DNA of 64,000 nucleotides from Actinomycetota bacterium (GTDB lineage: Bacteria > Actinomycetota > Thermoleophilia > Gaiellales > F1-60-MAGs149): positions 24,214 through 88,213 of the forward strand of contig VGBM01000005.1 in the NCBI GenBank assembly GCA_016870485.1. Direction: 5' to 3'. Made by a program: the position numbers and the translations under genes. The notes below the pieces were generated by a model that was not told where the DNA came from, made no database searches, and saw nothing but the letters and a program-made list of their open reading frames with translations. Below are positions 38,212 through 47,429 of the stretch, in pieces (the stretch's first letter is position 1; each line of letters opens with the position of its first letter).

Positions 38212-39435
38212 ATGGGCGCGCGCGCAGGCGAACCCGACGCGCGCGCCCTCCTCGCCGCCTCGACCCGCGTCCGCGACGCCGTGCCGCGGATCGTCGCGGC
38301 GGCCGAGCCGGGCCAGCGCGTGGCCCTGGTCGGCGGCGTCGTGCGCGACCTCTTCCGCGGCGAGGAGCCGCGCGAGGTCGACGTGGTGGTGGAGGGCGAC
38401 GGCGTCGCCTTCGCCGAGCGGCTCGCCGCGCTGACGCGCTCCGAGGTCGTCGCCTACCGGGCCTTCGGGACCGCGACGGTGCGCTCGCGCCCGCCGGTCG
38501 ACGTGGCGGGCGCCCGCACCGAGTCCTACCCGCAGCCCGGCGCCCTGCCCGTGGTGGCGCCGGCCGGGCTCGAGGCCGATCTCGCGCGCCGCGACGTGAC
38601 CGTCAACGCGGTGGCGGCGGTGGTCGCGGGGCCCGACGCCGGACGGGTGCTCGACCCCCACGGCGGGCTCGCCGACCTCGCCGCGGGGACGCTGCGGCTC
38701 CTGCGCCCCGACGCCTTCGAGGAGGACGCGACGCGGGTCGTGCGCGCCGCGCGCTACGCCGTGCGCCTCGGGCTCGCCCCGGACGCGACGCTCGACCACG
38801 CCGCGGCCGCGGCCGCCCACGGCGGCTTCGTCGCCCTGACCGGCAGCGCGCGGATGGCGGACGCCGTGGCGCTCGTCTTCTCGGAGTCGGACCCGGCCGC
38901 CGTGCTCGGCGTCCTGGCGGGCTGGGGCGCCCTCGACGCGATCGAGCCGGGGCTGGCGGCCGACCCCGCGGCGGTGCGCGCCGCCTGGGCGCTGGCCGCG
39001 GACGAGGCGCGCGACGCGGACCGGGTCGCGCTCGGCCTCGGGCTCCTGCTCGCCGGTGTGCCGGAGGACCGCCGCGCTGTGTGGCTCGACGCGGCGGGTC
39101 GCGACCGCCACACGACCCGTGCCGCGCTCGCGGCCGCCCGGGCGGCTGACCTGCGCGTCGCGCTCACCGGAGCCGGCGACGCCGCGGTGGACCGCGCCTG
39201 CGCGGGGCAGCCCCTCGAGGCCGTCGTGGCCGCGGGCGGGCCGGAGGCGGCCGCCTACCTCGGGCGGCTGCGGCACGTCGCGCTGGCCGTCGATGGCGAC
39301 GACGTGGTGGCGGCGGGCCATGCGGGCCCGGCCGTGGGGCGGGAGCTCGCCGAGCTCCGGGCGGCCGTCATCGAGGGCGCCGTCGGCCCCTCCCGCGACG
39401 CGCAGCTCGCCTGGCTCGCCGCCCGCGCGGGCTAA
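38212..39435 (+). CDS. CCA-adding enzyme / poly(A) polymerase-family nucleotidyltransferase
   Basis: 407 aa. Head domain VALVGGVVRDLFRGEEPREVDVVVEGD. No C-terminal HD domain is evident. Confidence 0.7.
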   Translation: MGARAGEPDARALLAASTRVRDAVPRIVAAAEPGQRVALVGGVVRDLFRGEEPREVDVVVEGDGVAFAERLAALTRSEVVAYRAFGTATVRSRPPVDVAGARTESYPQPGALPVVAPAGLEADLARRDVTVNAVAAVVAGPDAGRVLDPHGGLADLAAGTLRLLRPDAFEEDATRVVRAARYAVRLGLAPDATLDHAAAAAAHGGFVALTGSARMADAVALVFSESDPAAVLGVLAGWGALDAIEPGLAADPAAVRAAWALAADEARDADRVALGLGLLLAGVPEDRRAVWLDAAGRDRHTTRAALAAARAADLRVALTGAGDAAVDRACAGQPLEAVVAAGGPEAAAYLGRLRHVALAVDGDDVVAAGHAGPAVGRELAELRAAVIEGAVGPSRDAQLAWLAARAG

Positions 39436-39529
39436 CGACCGTCGCCGGCCACGAGGCCGAAGCCGGCGAACGCGATCGCGATCAGGGCCATCGCGATCCC
39501 GGCCCAGAGCAGGGAGCGGTCGCGCACGG

Positions 39530-40192
39530 CTAGCCGCCCGCGATGGTGAACAGGAACCGCGCGATCGGGTCGGCGATCGCCCCGATGATCTCGAACAGCG
39601 GCCGGAAGAACAGGATCGCGCCCATCAGGATGATGAAGCCGTACTGGTCGAGGCGCGACCAGGACTCGGCCATCTCGCGGGGCATGATGGCGGCGATGAC
39701 GCGGCTGCCGTCGAGCGGCGGGATCGGCAGCATGTTGAACACCGCCAGCCAGATGTTCATGAAGAAGGCGAGGACAAGTGCGTTGGCCCAGATCCCGTCG
39801 CCGAGCGGCACGTGCGCGAGGGGCAGCGCCAGGAGGAAGGCGATCAGGATGTTCGTGAGGGGGCCGGCGATGGCGACGATCGCGAAGTCGCGCTGCGGGT
39901 GGTTGAAGAAGCGCGGCTGGACGGGGATCGGCTTCGCCCAGCCGAACAGGAACGTGCCGCCCGAGGCGAGCCACGACAGCCCGAACATCGCCGAGCCCAT
40001 CGGGTCGATGTGGCGGACCGGGTTGGGGGACAGGCGGCCCAGCATGCGCGCGGTGGGGTCGCCGAGGCGGTTGGCGACGTAGCCGTGGGCCATCTCGTGG
40101 AGGGTCATCGAGATGATCAGGACGGGCAGGAGCAGCAGCAACTGCTCGAGCTTGTCCGCGCTGAAGGCCGATTCGAAGTTCCCGAACACCAC
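39530..40192 (-). CDS. M50-family (site-2 protease-like) membrane metalloprotease
   Basis: About 220 aa from GTG 40192 or 40189. HEMAHG zinc motif, NMLPIPPLDGSRV. Multi-pass membrane protein. Confidence 0.8.
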   Translation of the reverse strand: MVFGNFESAFSADKLEQLLLLLPVLIISMTLHEMAHGYVANRLGDPTARMLGRLSPNPVRHIDPMGSAMFGLSWLASGGTFLFGWAKPIPVQPRFFNHPQRDFAIVAIAGPLTNILIAFLLALPLAHVPLGDGIWANALVLAFFMNIWLAVFNMLPIPPLDGSRVIAAIMPREMAESWSRLDQYGFIILMGAILFFRPLFEIIGAIADPIARFLFTIAGG

Positions 40193-40196
40193 CGGC

Positions 40197-40202
40197 AGCC
40201 TA
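40197..40202 (-). promoter_or_regulatory. -10-like TAGGCT 4 or 7 nt upstream of the two candidate M50 protease GTG starts
   Basis: Minus strand reads TAGGCT-GCCG-GTG-GTG. Confidence 0.3.
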
Positions 40203-40215
40203 CCGGCAGGGGGGC

Positions 40216-40221
40216 TACCCT
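40216..40221 (+). promoter_or_regulatory. -10-like TACCCT 7 nt upstream of the pgeF ATG (leaderless arrangement)
   Basis: TACCCT-CCGACCC-ATG. Confidence 0.35.
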
Positions 40222-40228
40222 CCGACCC

Positions 40229-40996
40229 ATGCCGCTGCACTGGGACGCCTGGGACGCCTTCCCGCTCCTGCGCTGGCAGGGTCCGGACGGGATCGTGGTG
40301 GCGTTCAGCGGCCGCCAGGGCGGCGTCTCGACGGGGCCGTACGCCGCGCTCAACCTCGGCCTCCTGACCGACGACGACCGTGACGCGGTGCGCGAGAACC
40401 GCCGCCGGCTGTGCGCCGCCGTCGGGGCCGATCCGGCCCGCACGGCCCAGAACCACCAGGTCCATGGGGCGCTGGTGCGCGAGGCCGCGCCGCTCCCCGG
40501 CGGGTTCCTCGACCCGGAGGGCGAGCTGCCCCCGGCCGACGCCCTCGTCACCCGCGAGGCCGACCTCGCGCTCGTCGCGCTCGCCGCCGACTGCGTGCCG
40601 ATCGTGGTCGCCGCGCTCGACGGGTCGGCCGTGGCGGTGGTGCACGCGGGCTGGCGCGGGCTCGTCGCCGGCGTCGTCGAGGCGGCCGTGGCCGCGATCG
40701 ACGGGCCCTGCGCGGCCGCCGTCGGGCCGTGCGCGGGGCCGCTCGCCTACGCCGTCGGCGACGACGTGGCGGGGCCCCTGCGCGAGCGCTTCGGCGCGGA
40801 GGCGGCGCACGGCGGGACCGCCGACCTGCCGCACTGCGCGGGCCGCGCCCTGCTCGCCGCCGGGCTCGCCCCCGACGCGATCGACATCGCCGGGATCTGC
40901 ACCATCACGGACGCCGAGGGGTTCTTCTCGCACCGGCGGGACGGCGGCGTCACGGGCCGCCAGGGCGTGATCGCGTACCGTGCGGGGGACGCATGA
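40229..40996 (+). CDS. pgeF: YfiH/PgeF (DUF152, laccase-domain) purine nucleoside enzyme
   Basis: 255 aa. NHQVHG, ADCVPIVV, HAGWRG, FFSHRRDGGVTGRQ. Confidence 0.85.
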   Translation: MPLHWDAWDAFPLLRWQGPDGIVVAFSGRQGGVSTGPYAALNLGLLTDDDRDAVRENRRRLCAAVGADPARTAQNHQVHGALVREAAPLPGGFLDPEGELPPADALVTREADLALVALAADCVPIVVAALDGSAVAVVHAGWRGLVAGVVEAAVAAIDGPCAAAVGPCAGPLAYAVGDDVAGPLRERFGAEAAHGGTADLPHCAGRALLAAGLAPDAIDIAGICTITDAEGFFSHRRDGGVTGRQGVIAYRAGDA

Positions 40997-41679
40997 GCAC
41001 GGACCCGGAGGCAGTCAGGGCGGGCGTCGCGGCGACGCGTGAGCGGATCGACGCGGCCTGCGCGCGCGCGGGCCGCGAGCCCGGGGTGGTGGAGATCGTC
41101 GCGGCCGTCAAGTACCTCGCGGTCGAGGACCTGCCGCTGCTGCACGCCGCCGGCGTCCGCCGCGTCGGGGAGAACCGCACCGACCAGCTGCTCGCCAAGC
41201 AGGCCGCCTGCGGCGACCTCTTCACCTGGGACTTCATCGGGCACCTGCAGAGCCGCAAGGTCAAGGACATCGCGGGGCGCGTCGACCTGATCCACTCGCT
41301 GTCCACCGCGTCGACGGCGGCGCAGGTCGACGGCCGCTCGCCCGCCCCGCAGGACGTCCTCGTCGAGGTCAACACGGCCCGCGACCCCGACAAGGAGGGC
41401 GTCGCACCGGAGGACCTCGACGCGTTCCTCGAGCTGCTCGCCCCGCTCGCGAACGTGGCCGTGCGGGGGCTGATGACGATGCCGGCCTTCGCGACCGAAC
41501 CCGAGGCCTCGCGCGGGGCCTTCGCGGAGCTCCGCGCGCTCGCCGCCCGGGCCGCCGAGCGGTGGGCGGGCACGCACGCCTTCGGGCACCTCTCGATGGG
41601 GACCAGCCAGGACTTCGAGGTCGCCGTCGAGGAGGGGGCGACGCTCGTGCGCGTCGGATCCGTCCTGCTCGGGCGGTAG
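40993..41679 (+). CDS. yggS: YggS-family PLP homeostasis protein
   Basis: 228 aa. ATGA overlap with pgeF. PLP-Lys in VEIVAAVKY, HFIGHLQSRK, LSMGTSQDFE. Confidence 0.88.
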   Translation: MSTDPEAVRAGVAATRERIDAACARAGREPGVVEIVAAVKYLAVEDLPLLHAAGVRRVGENRTDQLLAKQAACGDLFTWDFIGHLQSRKVKDIAGRVDLIHSLSTASTAAQVDGRSPAPQDVLVEVNTARDPDKEGVAPEDLDAFLELLAPLANVAVRGLMTMPAFATEPEASRGAFAELRALAARAAERWAGTHAFGHLSMGTSQDFEVAVEEGATLVRVGSVLLGR

Positions 41680-41716
41680 GGTGCGCGCCGGGGTCGTCAC
41701 TCGTTACACTCCGCGC

Positions 41717-42295
41717 ATGGTCAACGGCAGCATCTGGCATCGCACGCTCGTCTACTTCGGCCTCGCCGAGGACGACACCATGTACGACGACATGACGGGC
41801 GGCCACGAGGAGCCCGCGCCGAAGCAGTCGCGCGGCTCGAGCGTGCGCCGGCTCGACCGCCGCCGCAGCGCCTCCACGGCCACCCTCGACGAGGCCGACG
41901 ACCTCTTCTCCGAGGAGGAGACGTCGCCGGGCCGGCGCCGGCGCTCGCCCGCCGGGGGCGGAGCGGGGGAGATCGGCGTCCTGCGCTCCGCCGGGGGCGG
42001 CACGACGGCGAGCAGCGTGCGCGTGCACGTGATCGCGCCGCGCTCGTACAACGACGCGCAGCAGATCGCGGACCGCTTCAAGAACGGCGTCCCGGTGATC
42101 ATGAACCTGCAGACGACCGAGCCGGACCTCTCGAAGCGCCTGATCGACTTCGCGTCGGGCATGACGTACGCGCTCGAAGGCGCGATCCAGCGCATCGCCG
42201 AGAAGGTGTTCCTGCTGACGCCGGCCAACGTCGAGGTGTCGGCGGAGGACCGCCAGCGGCTCGTCGACCAGGGCTTCTTCAACCCCAACGGGTAA
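41717..42295 (+). CDS. sepF: Cell division protein SepF
   Basis: 192 aa from ATG 41717. WHRTLVYFGL N-terminus, disordered linker, and a conserved C-terminus (APRSYNDAQQIADRFKNGVPVIMNL...FLLTPANV). Confidence 0.85.
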   Translation: MVNGSIWHRTLVYFGLAEDDTMYDDMTGGHEEPAPKQSRGSSVRRLDRRRSASTATLDEADDLFSEEETSPGRRRRSPAGGGAGEIGVLRSAGGGTTASSVRVHVIAPRSYNDAQQIADRFKNGVPVIMNLQTTEPDLSKRLIDFASGMTYALEGAIQRIAEKVFLLTPANVEVSAEDRQRLVDQGFFNPNG

Positions 42296-42350
42296 TCCGG
42301 GCCGCCGCCGCGGTGTAGGGTTTCCCGCGCAGCGAGCCGGAGGAGGGGAC

Positions 42351-43691
42351 GTGGATCTCGAGGAGCTCACGGAGCTGGTCGCCGTCGGCGAGGTCGACAC
42401 CGTCATCCTCGCCATGACGGACATGCAGGGGCGGCTACAGGGCAAGCGCCTCGACGCGGACGCGTTCCTCGGCGACATCGCCGCCCACGGGGCGGAGGCC
42501 TGCAACTACCTGCTCGCCGTCGATATGGAGATGACCACGCTGCCGGGCTTCGCGCTGACCTCGTGGGAGTCCGGCTACGGCGACTTCGTCCTGCGCCCCG
42601 ACCTCGCGACCCTGCGCCGCGCTACGTGGCTCGAGGGCACGGCGATCTGCCTCGCCGACGTCGAGCATCACGACGGCTCGCCGGTGGTGGAGTCGCCGCG
42701 CCAGATCCTGCGCGCGCAGCTCGACCGCCTCGCCGCGCGCGGCTGGCAGGCCATGGTCGGGTCCGAGCTCGAGTTCGTCCTCTACCGCGAGACGTACGCC
42801 TCGGCGCGCGACAAGGGCTACCGGGACCTCGTCCCCGGCAACGCCTACAACGTCGACTACTCGATCCTCGGCACGGCGATGGTCGAGGACGTGATCCGGC
42901 CGATCCGCCTCGCGATGAAGGCGGCGGGCCTGACCGTCGAGGACTCGAAGGGCGAGTGCAACCTCGGCCAGCACGAGATCAACTTCCGCTACCAGGACGC
43001 GCTGCGGATGGCCGACGAGCACGTGCTCTACAAGCTCGCCGCCAAGGAGATCGCCCACCAGCGGGGCGCGGCGCTCAGCTTCATGGCCAAGGTCAACGAG
43101 CGCGAGGGCAATTCGTGCCACATCCACTGCTCCTTGTGGGCGGGCGGCGAGCCGCTCTTCGCGGGCGACGGGCCGCACGGGCACGCGCCGCTCTACGACC
43201 AGTGGATCGCCGGCCAGCTCGAGCGCACCCGCGAGCTCGCCTACCTGTACGCCCCGAACGTCAACTCGTACAAGCGCTACGCGCACGGCTCGTTTGCCCC
43301 GACCACGCTCCTCTGGGGGCGGGACAACCGGACCTGCGCGTTCCGGTCGGTCGGGCGTGGGCCGTCCCTGCGGCTCGAGACGCGCATCGGCGGCGGCGAC
43401 GCCAACCCGTACCTGGCCTTCGCCGCGGTCATCGCCGCCGGCCTCGACGGCGTGGACCGCGCCCTCGTGCCGCCCGCGCCGCTGCCGGGCAGCGCCTACG
43501 ACGCCGAGGGGCCGCGGCTGCCCACGTCGCTGCGCGAGGCCGTCGACCTCCTCGACGGCTCGGCGCTCGCCCGCGCCGCGTTCGGCGACCGCGTCGTCGA
43601 CCACTACGTGACCAGCGGCCGCCACGAGGTCGAGGCCTTCGAGGCGGCGGTCACGGACTGGGAGATGGTCCGCAACTTCGAGCGGTCCTAG
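42351..43691 (+). CDS. Glutamine synthetase-family gamma-glutamyl-(poly)amine ligase (GlnA3/PuuA-like)
   Basis: 446 aa, GTG start. GSELEFVLY, NLGQHEINFRY, NSCHIHCSLW, NSYKRY. Confidence 0.85.
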   Translation: MDLEELTELVAVGEVDTVILAMTDMQGRLQGKRLDADAFLGDIAAHGAEACNYLLAVDMEMTTLPGFALTSWESGYGDFVLRPDLATLRRATWLEGTAICLADVEHHDGSPVVESPRQILRAQLDRLAARGWQAMVGSELEFVLYRETYASARDKGYRDLVPGNAYNVDYSILGTAMVEDVIRPIRLAMKAAGLTVEDSKGECNLGQHEINFRYQDALRMADEHVLYKLAAKEIAHQRGAALSFMAKVNEREGNSCHIHCSLWAGGEPLFAGDGPHGHAPLYDQWIAGQLERTRELAYLYAPNVNSYKRYAHGSFAPTTLLWGRDNRTCAFRSVGRGPSLRLETRIGGGDANPYLAFAAVIAAGLDGVDRALVPPAPLPGSAYDAEGPRLPTSLREAVDLLDGSALARAAFGDRVVDHYVTSGRHEVEAFEAAVTDWEMVRNFERS

Positions 43692-43709
43692 GCGCCCGGG
43701 GCGCGCCGC

Positions 43710-43715
43710 TAGGCT
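43710..43715 (+). promoter_or_regulatory. -10-like TAGGCT 6 nt upstream of the amidotransferase ATG (leaderless arrangement)
   Basis: TAGGCT-GCCGGC-ATG. Confidence 0.35.
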
Positions 43716-43721
43716 GCCGGC

Positions 43722-44450
43722 ATGCGACCCCGGATCGGCATCACCGCCTACTGGCGCGACGCCTCATGGGGGCCGTGGACGTCGATGCCGGCGTGCCTCG
43801 CCCCGCAGGCCTACGTGGACTCGATCACCGTGGCGGGCGGCTTCCCGCTGCTCGTGCCGCCCCTGCCGGAGATGGACGGCTTCGCCGACGAGACGCTGGC
43901 CTCGCTCGACGGGATCGTCCTCGTCGGCGGCGATGACGTCGGCTCCGCCAACTACGGCGCCGAGCCGCACCCGACGGCCGATCCCCCGAACGTGCGCCGC
44001 GACGCGGCCGAGCTCGCGCTGCTGCGGGGCGCCCTCGACCGCGACCTGCCCCTGCTCGGCATCTGCCGCGGCTTCCAGCTGCTCAACATCGCCTACGGCG
44101 GCACCCTCGAGCAGCACCTCGACGACGTCGTCGACGGCGACGTCCACCGGGTCCGGCTCGGCGAGTGGTCGAACCACCCGGTCGAGGTCGTCGGGGGGCG
44201 CCTCGCGGAGCTCGTGCCGAGCGGCACCGAGATCCACTCGCACCACCACCAGGGGATCGGCGAGGTGGGGGCGGGGCTCGAGGTGACGGCGTACGCGCCG
44301 GACCGCACCGTGGAGGGCCTTGAGGACCCGACGAAGGCCTTCTGCCTCGGGGTCCTCTGGCACCCCGAGGAGGCCGCGACGGGCTCGGGCGCGCCGGTCT
44401 TCCGGGCGCTGGTCGAGGCCGCCGCGGCGTACGCCGCGACGCGCCGCTGA
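43722..44450 (+). CDS. Gamma-glutamyl-GABA hydrolase-like class I amidotransferase (peptidase C26, PuuD-like)
   Basis: 242 aa. Nucleophile context LLGICRGFQLLN, HHHQG, LWHPE. Confidence 0.85.
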   Translation: MRPRIGITAYWRDASWGPWTSMPACLAPQAYVDSITVAGGFPLLVPPLPEMDGFADETLASLDGIVLVGGDDVGSANYGAEPHPTADPPNVRRDAAELALLRGALDRDLPLLGICRGFQLLNIAYGGTLEQHLDDVVDGDVHRVRLGEWSNHPVEVVGGRLAELVPSGTEIHSHHHQGIGEVGAGLEVTAYAPDRTVEGLEDPTKAFCLGVLWHPEEAATGSGAPVFRALVEAAAAYAATRR

Positions 44451-44460
44451 CGATCGCGGG

Positions 44461-44862
44461 CTAGGTGCCCGCGGCTCGGGTCGGGAGCCCGTCCGGGACC
44501 TCCCAGTCGGCGCGCGCGTCCCACCAGATGTGCTCCGCCGAGGCCAGCCCGGACGGCTCGTCGACGGTGCCCGCGGCGATCGAGACGGCGTCGCGGCCCG
44601 GCATCCGCCAGAACAGGCTGGAGCCGCAGTGACGGCAGAAGGCGCGCTCGGCCGACGTGGCGGAGGCGGGGCTCGCGATCCAGGTCAGGCCGTCGTCCGC
44701 GACCAGCTCGAGGTGGTCGGCGGGGCAGGCCGTGTACGGGGCGGCGCCGCCGTGCATCCGCCGGCACTCGCCGCAATGGCAGGTGATCACGTCGCGCAGG
44801 GGCCCGTCGACGCGGTAGCGGACGGACCCGCACAGGCAGCCCCCGGAGTGCGTCTCGGCCAT
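44461..44862 (-). CDS. GFA/CENP-V family zinc protein
   Basis: 133 aa. GGCLCGSVRY, CHCGEC, CRHCGSSLF. Confidence 0.8.
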   Translation of the reverse strand: MAETHSGGCLCGSVRYRVDGPLRDVITCHCGECRRMHGGAAPYTACPADHLELVADDGLTWIASPASATSAERAFCRHCGSSLFWRMPGRDAVSIAAGTVDEPSGLASAEHIWWDARADWEVPDGLPTRAAGT

Positions 44863-44884
44863 GGACCTACCGTACACTAACCGC

Positions 44885-45691
44885 ATGTCCACGGGCACCC
44901 TCGGGCTGATCGGCGCCGGCCGCCTGGCCTCGGCGCTGGTCCAGGGGTGGGTCGCGGCCGACCCCGCCTGCGCCGAGCGGATCTTCGCGACGGACCGCGT
45001 CGCGGGCGTCGCCGAGGCGCTCGCGGCCGCGCACGGCATCCGCACGGCCGCGGACCCCGCAGCGGTCGCGGCCTCCGCCGACCTCGTGATCCTGCTCGTC
45101 AAGCCGCAGGACATCGCCACCGCCGCGGCGGCGATCGGACTCGCGCTCGGCGACGGGGCCTGCGTCGCCAGCGCCGCCGCCGGCGTCGAGCTGGCCGGGA
45201 TCCGCGCCGCACTCGGGACCGGGGCGCCGCTCGCCCGCTTCATGCCCAACATCCCCGTCGCGGTCGGCGGCGGCGTCTCCGCGGTCTGCGGCGACCCGGC
45301 CGCCGTCGAGCGGCTCGTGCCGTGGCTCGACGCGGTCGGCAGCGCCGTGGCGATGGACGAGTCGATGTTCGACGCCGCGACCGCGATCTCCGGGTCGGGG
45401 CCCGGTCTCTACGCCTACGTGATCGAGCAGTTCGAGGCCGCGGCGCGCACGCTCGGCTTCGGGCCCGACGAGGCGCGCCGGCTCGCCGTCGACACGTTCG
45501 CGGGCACCGGCCGCTACCTGGCCGAGACGGGCGAGTCGCCCGCCGCCCTGCGCGAGCGCGTCACCTCGCCGGGCGGCACGACCGCCGCGGGCCTCGCGCA
45601 GCTCGAGGCGCACGGCCTCGGGGCGGCCGTCGAGGCCGCGGCCGGCGCGGCCCGCGACCGCGGCCGCGAGCTCCGGGAGGGGGGCGCATGA
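44885..45691 (+). CDS. proC: Pyrroline-5-carboxylate reductase
   Basis: 268 aa from ATG 44885. GLIGAGRLASAL, LVKPQD, VTSPGGTTAAGL. Confidence 0.88.
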   Translation: MSTGTLGLIGAGRLASALVQGWVAADPACAERIFATDRVAGVAEALAAAHGIRTAADPAAVAASADLVILLVKPQDIATAAAAIGLALGDGACVASAAAGVELAGIRAALGTGAPLARFMPNIPVAVGGGVSAVCGDPAAVERLVPWLDAVGSAVAMDESMFDAATAISGSGPGLYAYVIEQFEAAARTLGFGPDEARRLAVDTFAGTGRYLAETGESPAALRERVTSPGGTTAAGLAQLEAHGLGAAVEAAAGAARDRGRELREGGA

Positions 45692-45969
45692 TCGAGTTCG
45701 ACCGCGCGCTGATCGCCACGTTCGTGAGCAGCCTCACGATCGTCTACACGATCATGATCATCGCCTACGCCCTGCAGTCGTTTGTCCCGATCGGCTACTC
45801 GGCGCCCGTGATGGCGGTGCGTCGCTTCCTCGACGACACCGTGGCGCCGCTCCTGCTGTGGCTGCGGCGCTTCATCCCGCCGCTCGGGCCGCTCGACCTG
45901 TCGGCGATGGTGGCTGTGTTCGGGCTGTGGATCCTGTCGGGGATCCTGCAGCGCATCATCGCGGGCTAG
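45688..45969 (+). CDS. yggT: YggT-family membrane protein
   Basis: 93 aa. ATGA overlap with proC. Two TM segments, FLDDTVAPLL...PPLGPLDLS. Confidence 0.8.
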   Translation: MIEFDRALIATFVSSLTIVYTIMIIAYALQSFVPIGYSAPVMAVRRFLDDTVAPLLLWLRRFIPPLGPLDLSAMVAVFGLWILSGILQRIIAG

Positions 45970-46006
45970 GCAGGAGTCGGGGCGCGGGCGGCGAAGGCGC
46001 CGCCGC

Positions 46007-46507
46007 ATGGCCCTCGTGCCCGCAGAGATCCGCAACGCCGCCCTCGGGCGCGCCCTCCTCGGCTACCGCCGGGGCGAAGTCGACGAGCTGCTTGAGCGGC
46101 TCGCCGACGCGCACCAGGAGCTCTGGCAGGAGCGCGTGGACCTGCGCGAGCGCGTCGACGCGCTCGAGGCCGAGGTGCAGCGCCACCGCGACATGGAGGA
46201 GCTCCTGCGGCGCACGCTCGTGTCGGCGGAGAAGCACGCCGCCGACCAGAAGGAGGCGGCGCGCCAGGAGGCCCAGCGGATCGTGCGCGAGGCCGAGCAG
46301 GAGGGCCGCGAGATCCTCGGCGAGGCGCACCACCAGCGCGCGGCGGTCTGGCGCGACATGCAGGACCTCGAGCAGCGCGGACGCGAGATCGAGGCGCGCT
46401 ACCGCGCGTTCCTCGCCACGGCGGTGGCGATCCTCGACGAGGCCGGCGCGGACGACGACCGCACCGAGGAGCGCGAGCCGCTCGCGGACGCGATCACCCT
46501 GCACTAG
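46007..46507 (+). CDS. divIVA: DivIVA-domain protein
   Basis: 166 aa. PAEIRNAALGRALLGYRRGEVDELL N-terminal DivIVA motif followed by a coiled coil. Confidence 0.85.
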   Translation: MALVPAEIRNAALGRALLGYRRGEVDELLERLADAHQELWQERVDLRERVDALEAEVQRHRDMEELLRRTLVSAEKHAADQKEAARQEAQRIVREAEQEGREILGEAHHQRAAVWRDMQDLEQRGREIEARYRAFLATAVAILDEAGADDDRTEEREPLADAITLH

Positions 46508-46522
46508 GGGCGGGGAGCGGGG

Positions 46523-46543
46523 CCGCCGCCTGTGGGGCGGCGG
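46523..46543 (+). terminator. GC hairpin after divIVA
   Basis: CCGCCGCC-TGTGG-GGCGGCGG, an 8-bp stem, followed directly by TATGGTT. Confidence 0.4.
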
Positions 46544-46549
46544 TATGGT
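46544..46549 (+). promoter_or_regulatory. -10-like TATGGT 6 nt upstream of ATG 46556 (leaderless arrangement)
   Basis: TATGGT-TGGGAC-ATG. This supports 46556 rather than 46532 as the start. Confidence 0.35.
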
Positions 46550-46555
46550 TGGGAC

Positions 46556-46900
46556 ATGGATCCGGCTGCGGCTCGCACCGCGCTCACCCATGAGCGCGAC
46601 CGCCTCCAGCGCGACCTCGCGCACCTGCGCGGCGACGCCGACGCGGAGCCGCGCGACTCGGCCGACCGGCTCGACGCCGGCCCGGACGACGCCGTCGCCA
46701 CCCACGACCACGAGTTCGACGAGAGCGTGGCCGAGGGCCTCGAGGCGGCGCTCGCCGAGGTCGGGGAGGCGCTCGGGCGCATCGACGCGGGCACGTACGG
46801 CCGCTGCGTCGACTGCGGCGGGGAGATCCCGCCGAAGCGGCTCGCCGCGCTGCCCGCCTCCGTGCGCTGCGTGGAGTGCCAGCGCAAGCGGGAGCGCTAG
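46556..46900 (+). CDS. DksA/TraR-family C4 zinc-finger protein
   Basis: 114 aa. GTYGRCVDCGGEIPPKRLAALPASVRCVECQ. Confidence 0.75.
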   Translation: MDPAAARTALTHERDRLQRDLAHLRGDADAEPRDSADRLDAGPDDAVATHDHEFDESVAEGLEAALAEVGEALGRIDAGTYGRCVDCGGEIPPKRLAALPASVRCVECQRKRER

Positions 46901-46904
46901 GGCC

Positions 46905-47429
46905 GTGCCAGAGCTGCCGCCCGCGCCGCGGCCGGACCCGATCCCGGGCCGCCCGCCCCGCACGCCCGCCGACGCCCTGCAGTGGGTCGGGCTGCTCGCC
47001 GTCGCCACGGTGACGATCGTCGCCGACCAGGTCACGAAGGTGATCGCGCGGCGCTCCTTCACGCCGGACGACCCGTTGGACGTGCTGCCGTTCTTCCAGT
47101 TCACGAACACCCGCAACACGGGCATCGCGTTCGGGCAGTTCCAGGACCGGCAGGTGATCGTGATCGCCCTGTCGGTCGTCGCGATCGGCTGGATCTTCGT
47201 GTACTTCGCGCGCTCCGGCGGGCGCCACCCGCTCCTGCCGGTCGCGCTCGGCCTGCTCGCCGGCGGGGCGCTCTCGAACCTCTTCGACCGGCTTGCACAG
47301 GGCTACGTGACGGACTTCCTGCACCTCGCCAACTTCCCCGTCTTCAACCTGGCGGACGTGGCGATCACGATCGGGGTGGTGCTGCTCCTGATCGTCCTCC
47401 TGCGCGGGGAGCGCCAGGCGGCGACGTGA
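46905..47429 (+). CDS. lspA: Lipoprotein signal peptidase (signal peptidase II)
   Basis: 174 aa from GTG 46905. FTNTRNTGIAFG, NLFDRL, FNLADV. Confidence 0.88.
   Translation: MPELPPAPRPDPIPGRPPRTPADALQWVGLLAVATVTIVADQVTKVIARRSFTPDDPLDVLPFFQFTNTRNTGIAFGQFQDRQVIVIALSVVAIGWIFVYFARSGGRHPLLPVALGLLAGGALSNLFDRLAQGYVTDFLHLANFPVFNLADVAITIGVVLLLIVLLRGERQAAT

Noticed and set aside
39432-39527. A 31-codon hydrophobic ORF downstream of the M50 protease gene.
   Set aside because: It has only a GTG start and no promoter or Shine-Dalgarno signal. It overlaps the 3' end of the convergent nucleotidyltransferase gene by 4 nt. I kept it as a remark under the micro-ORF finding, not as a feature.
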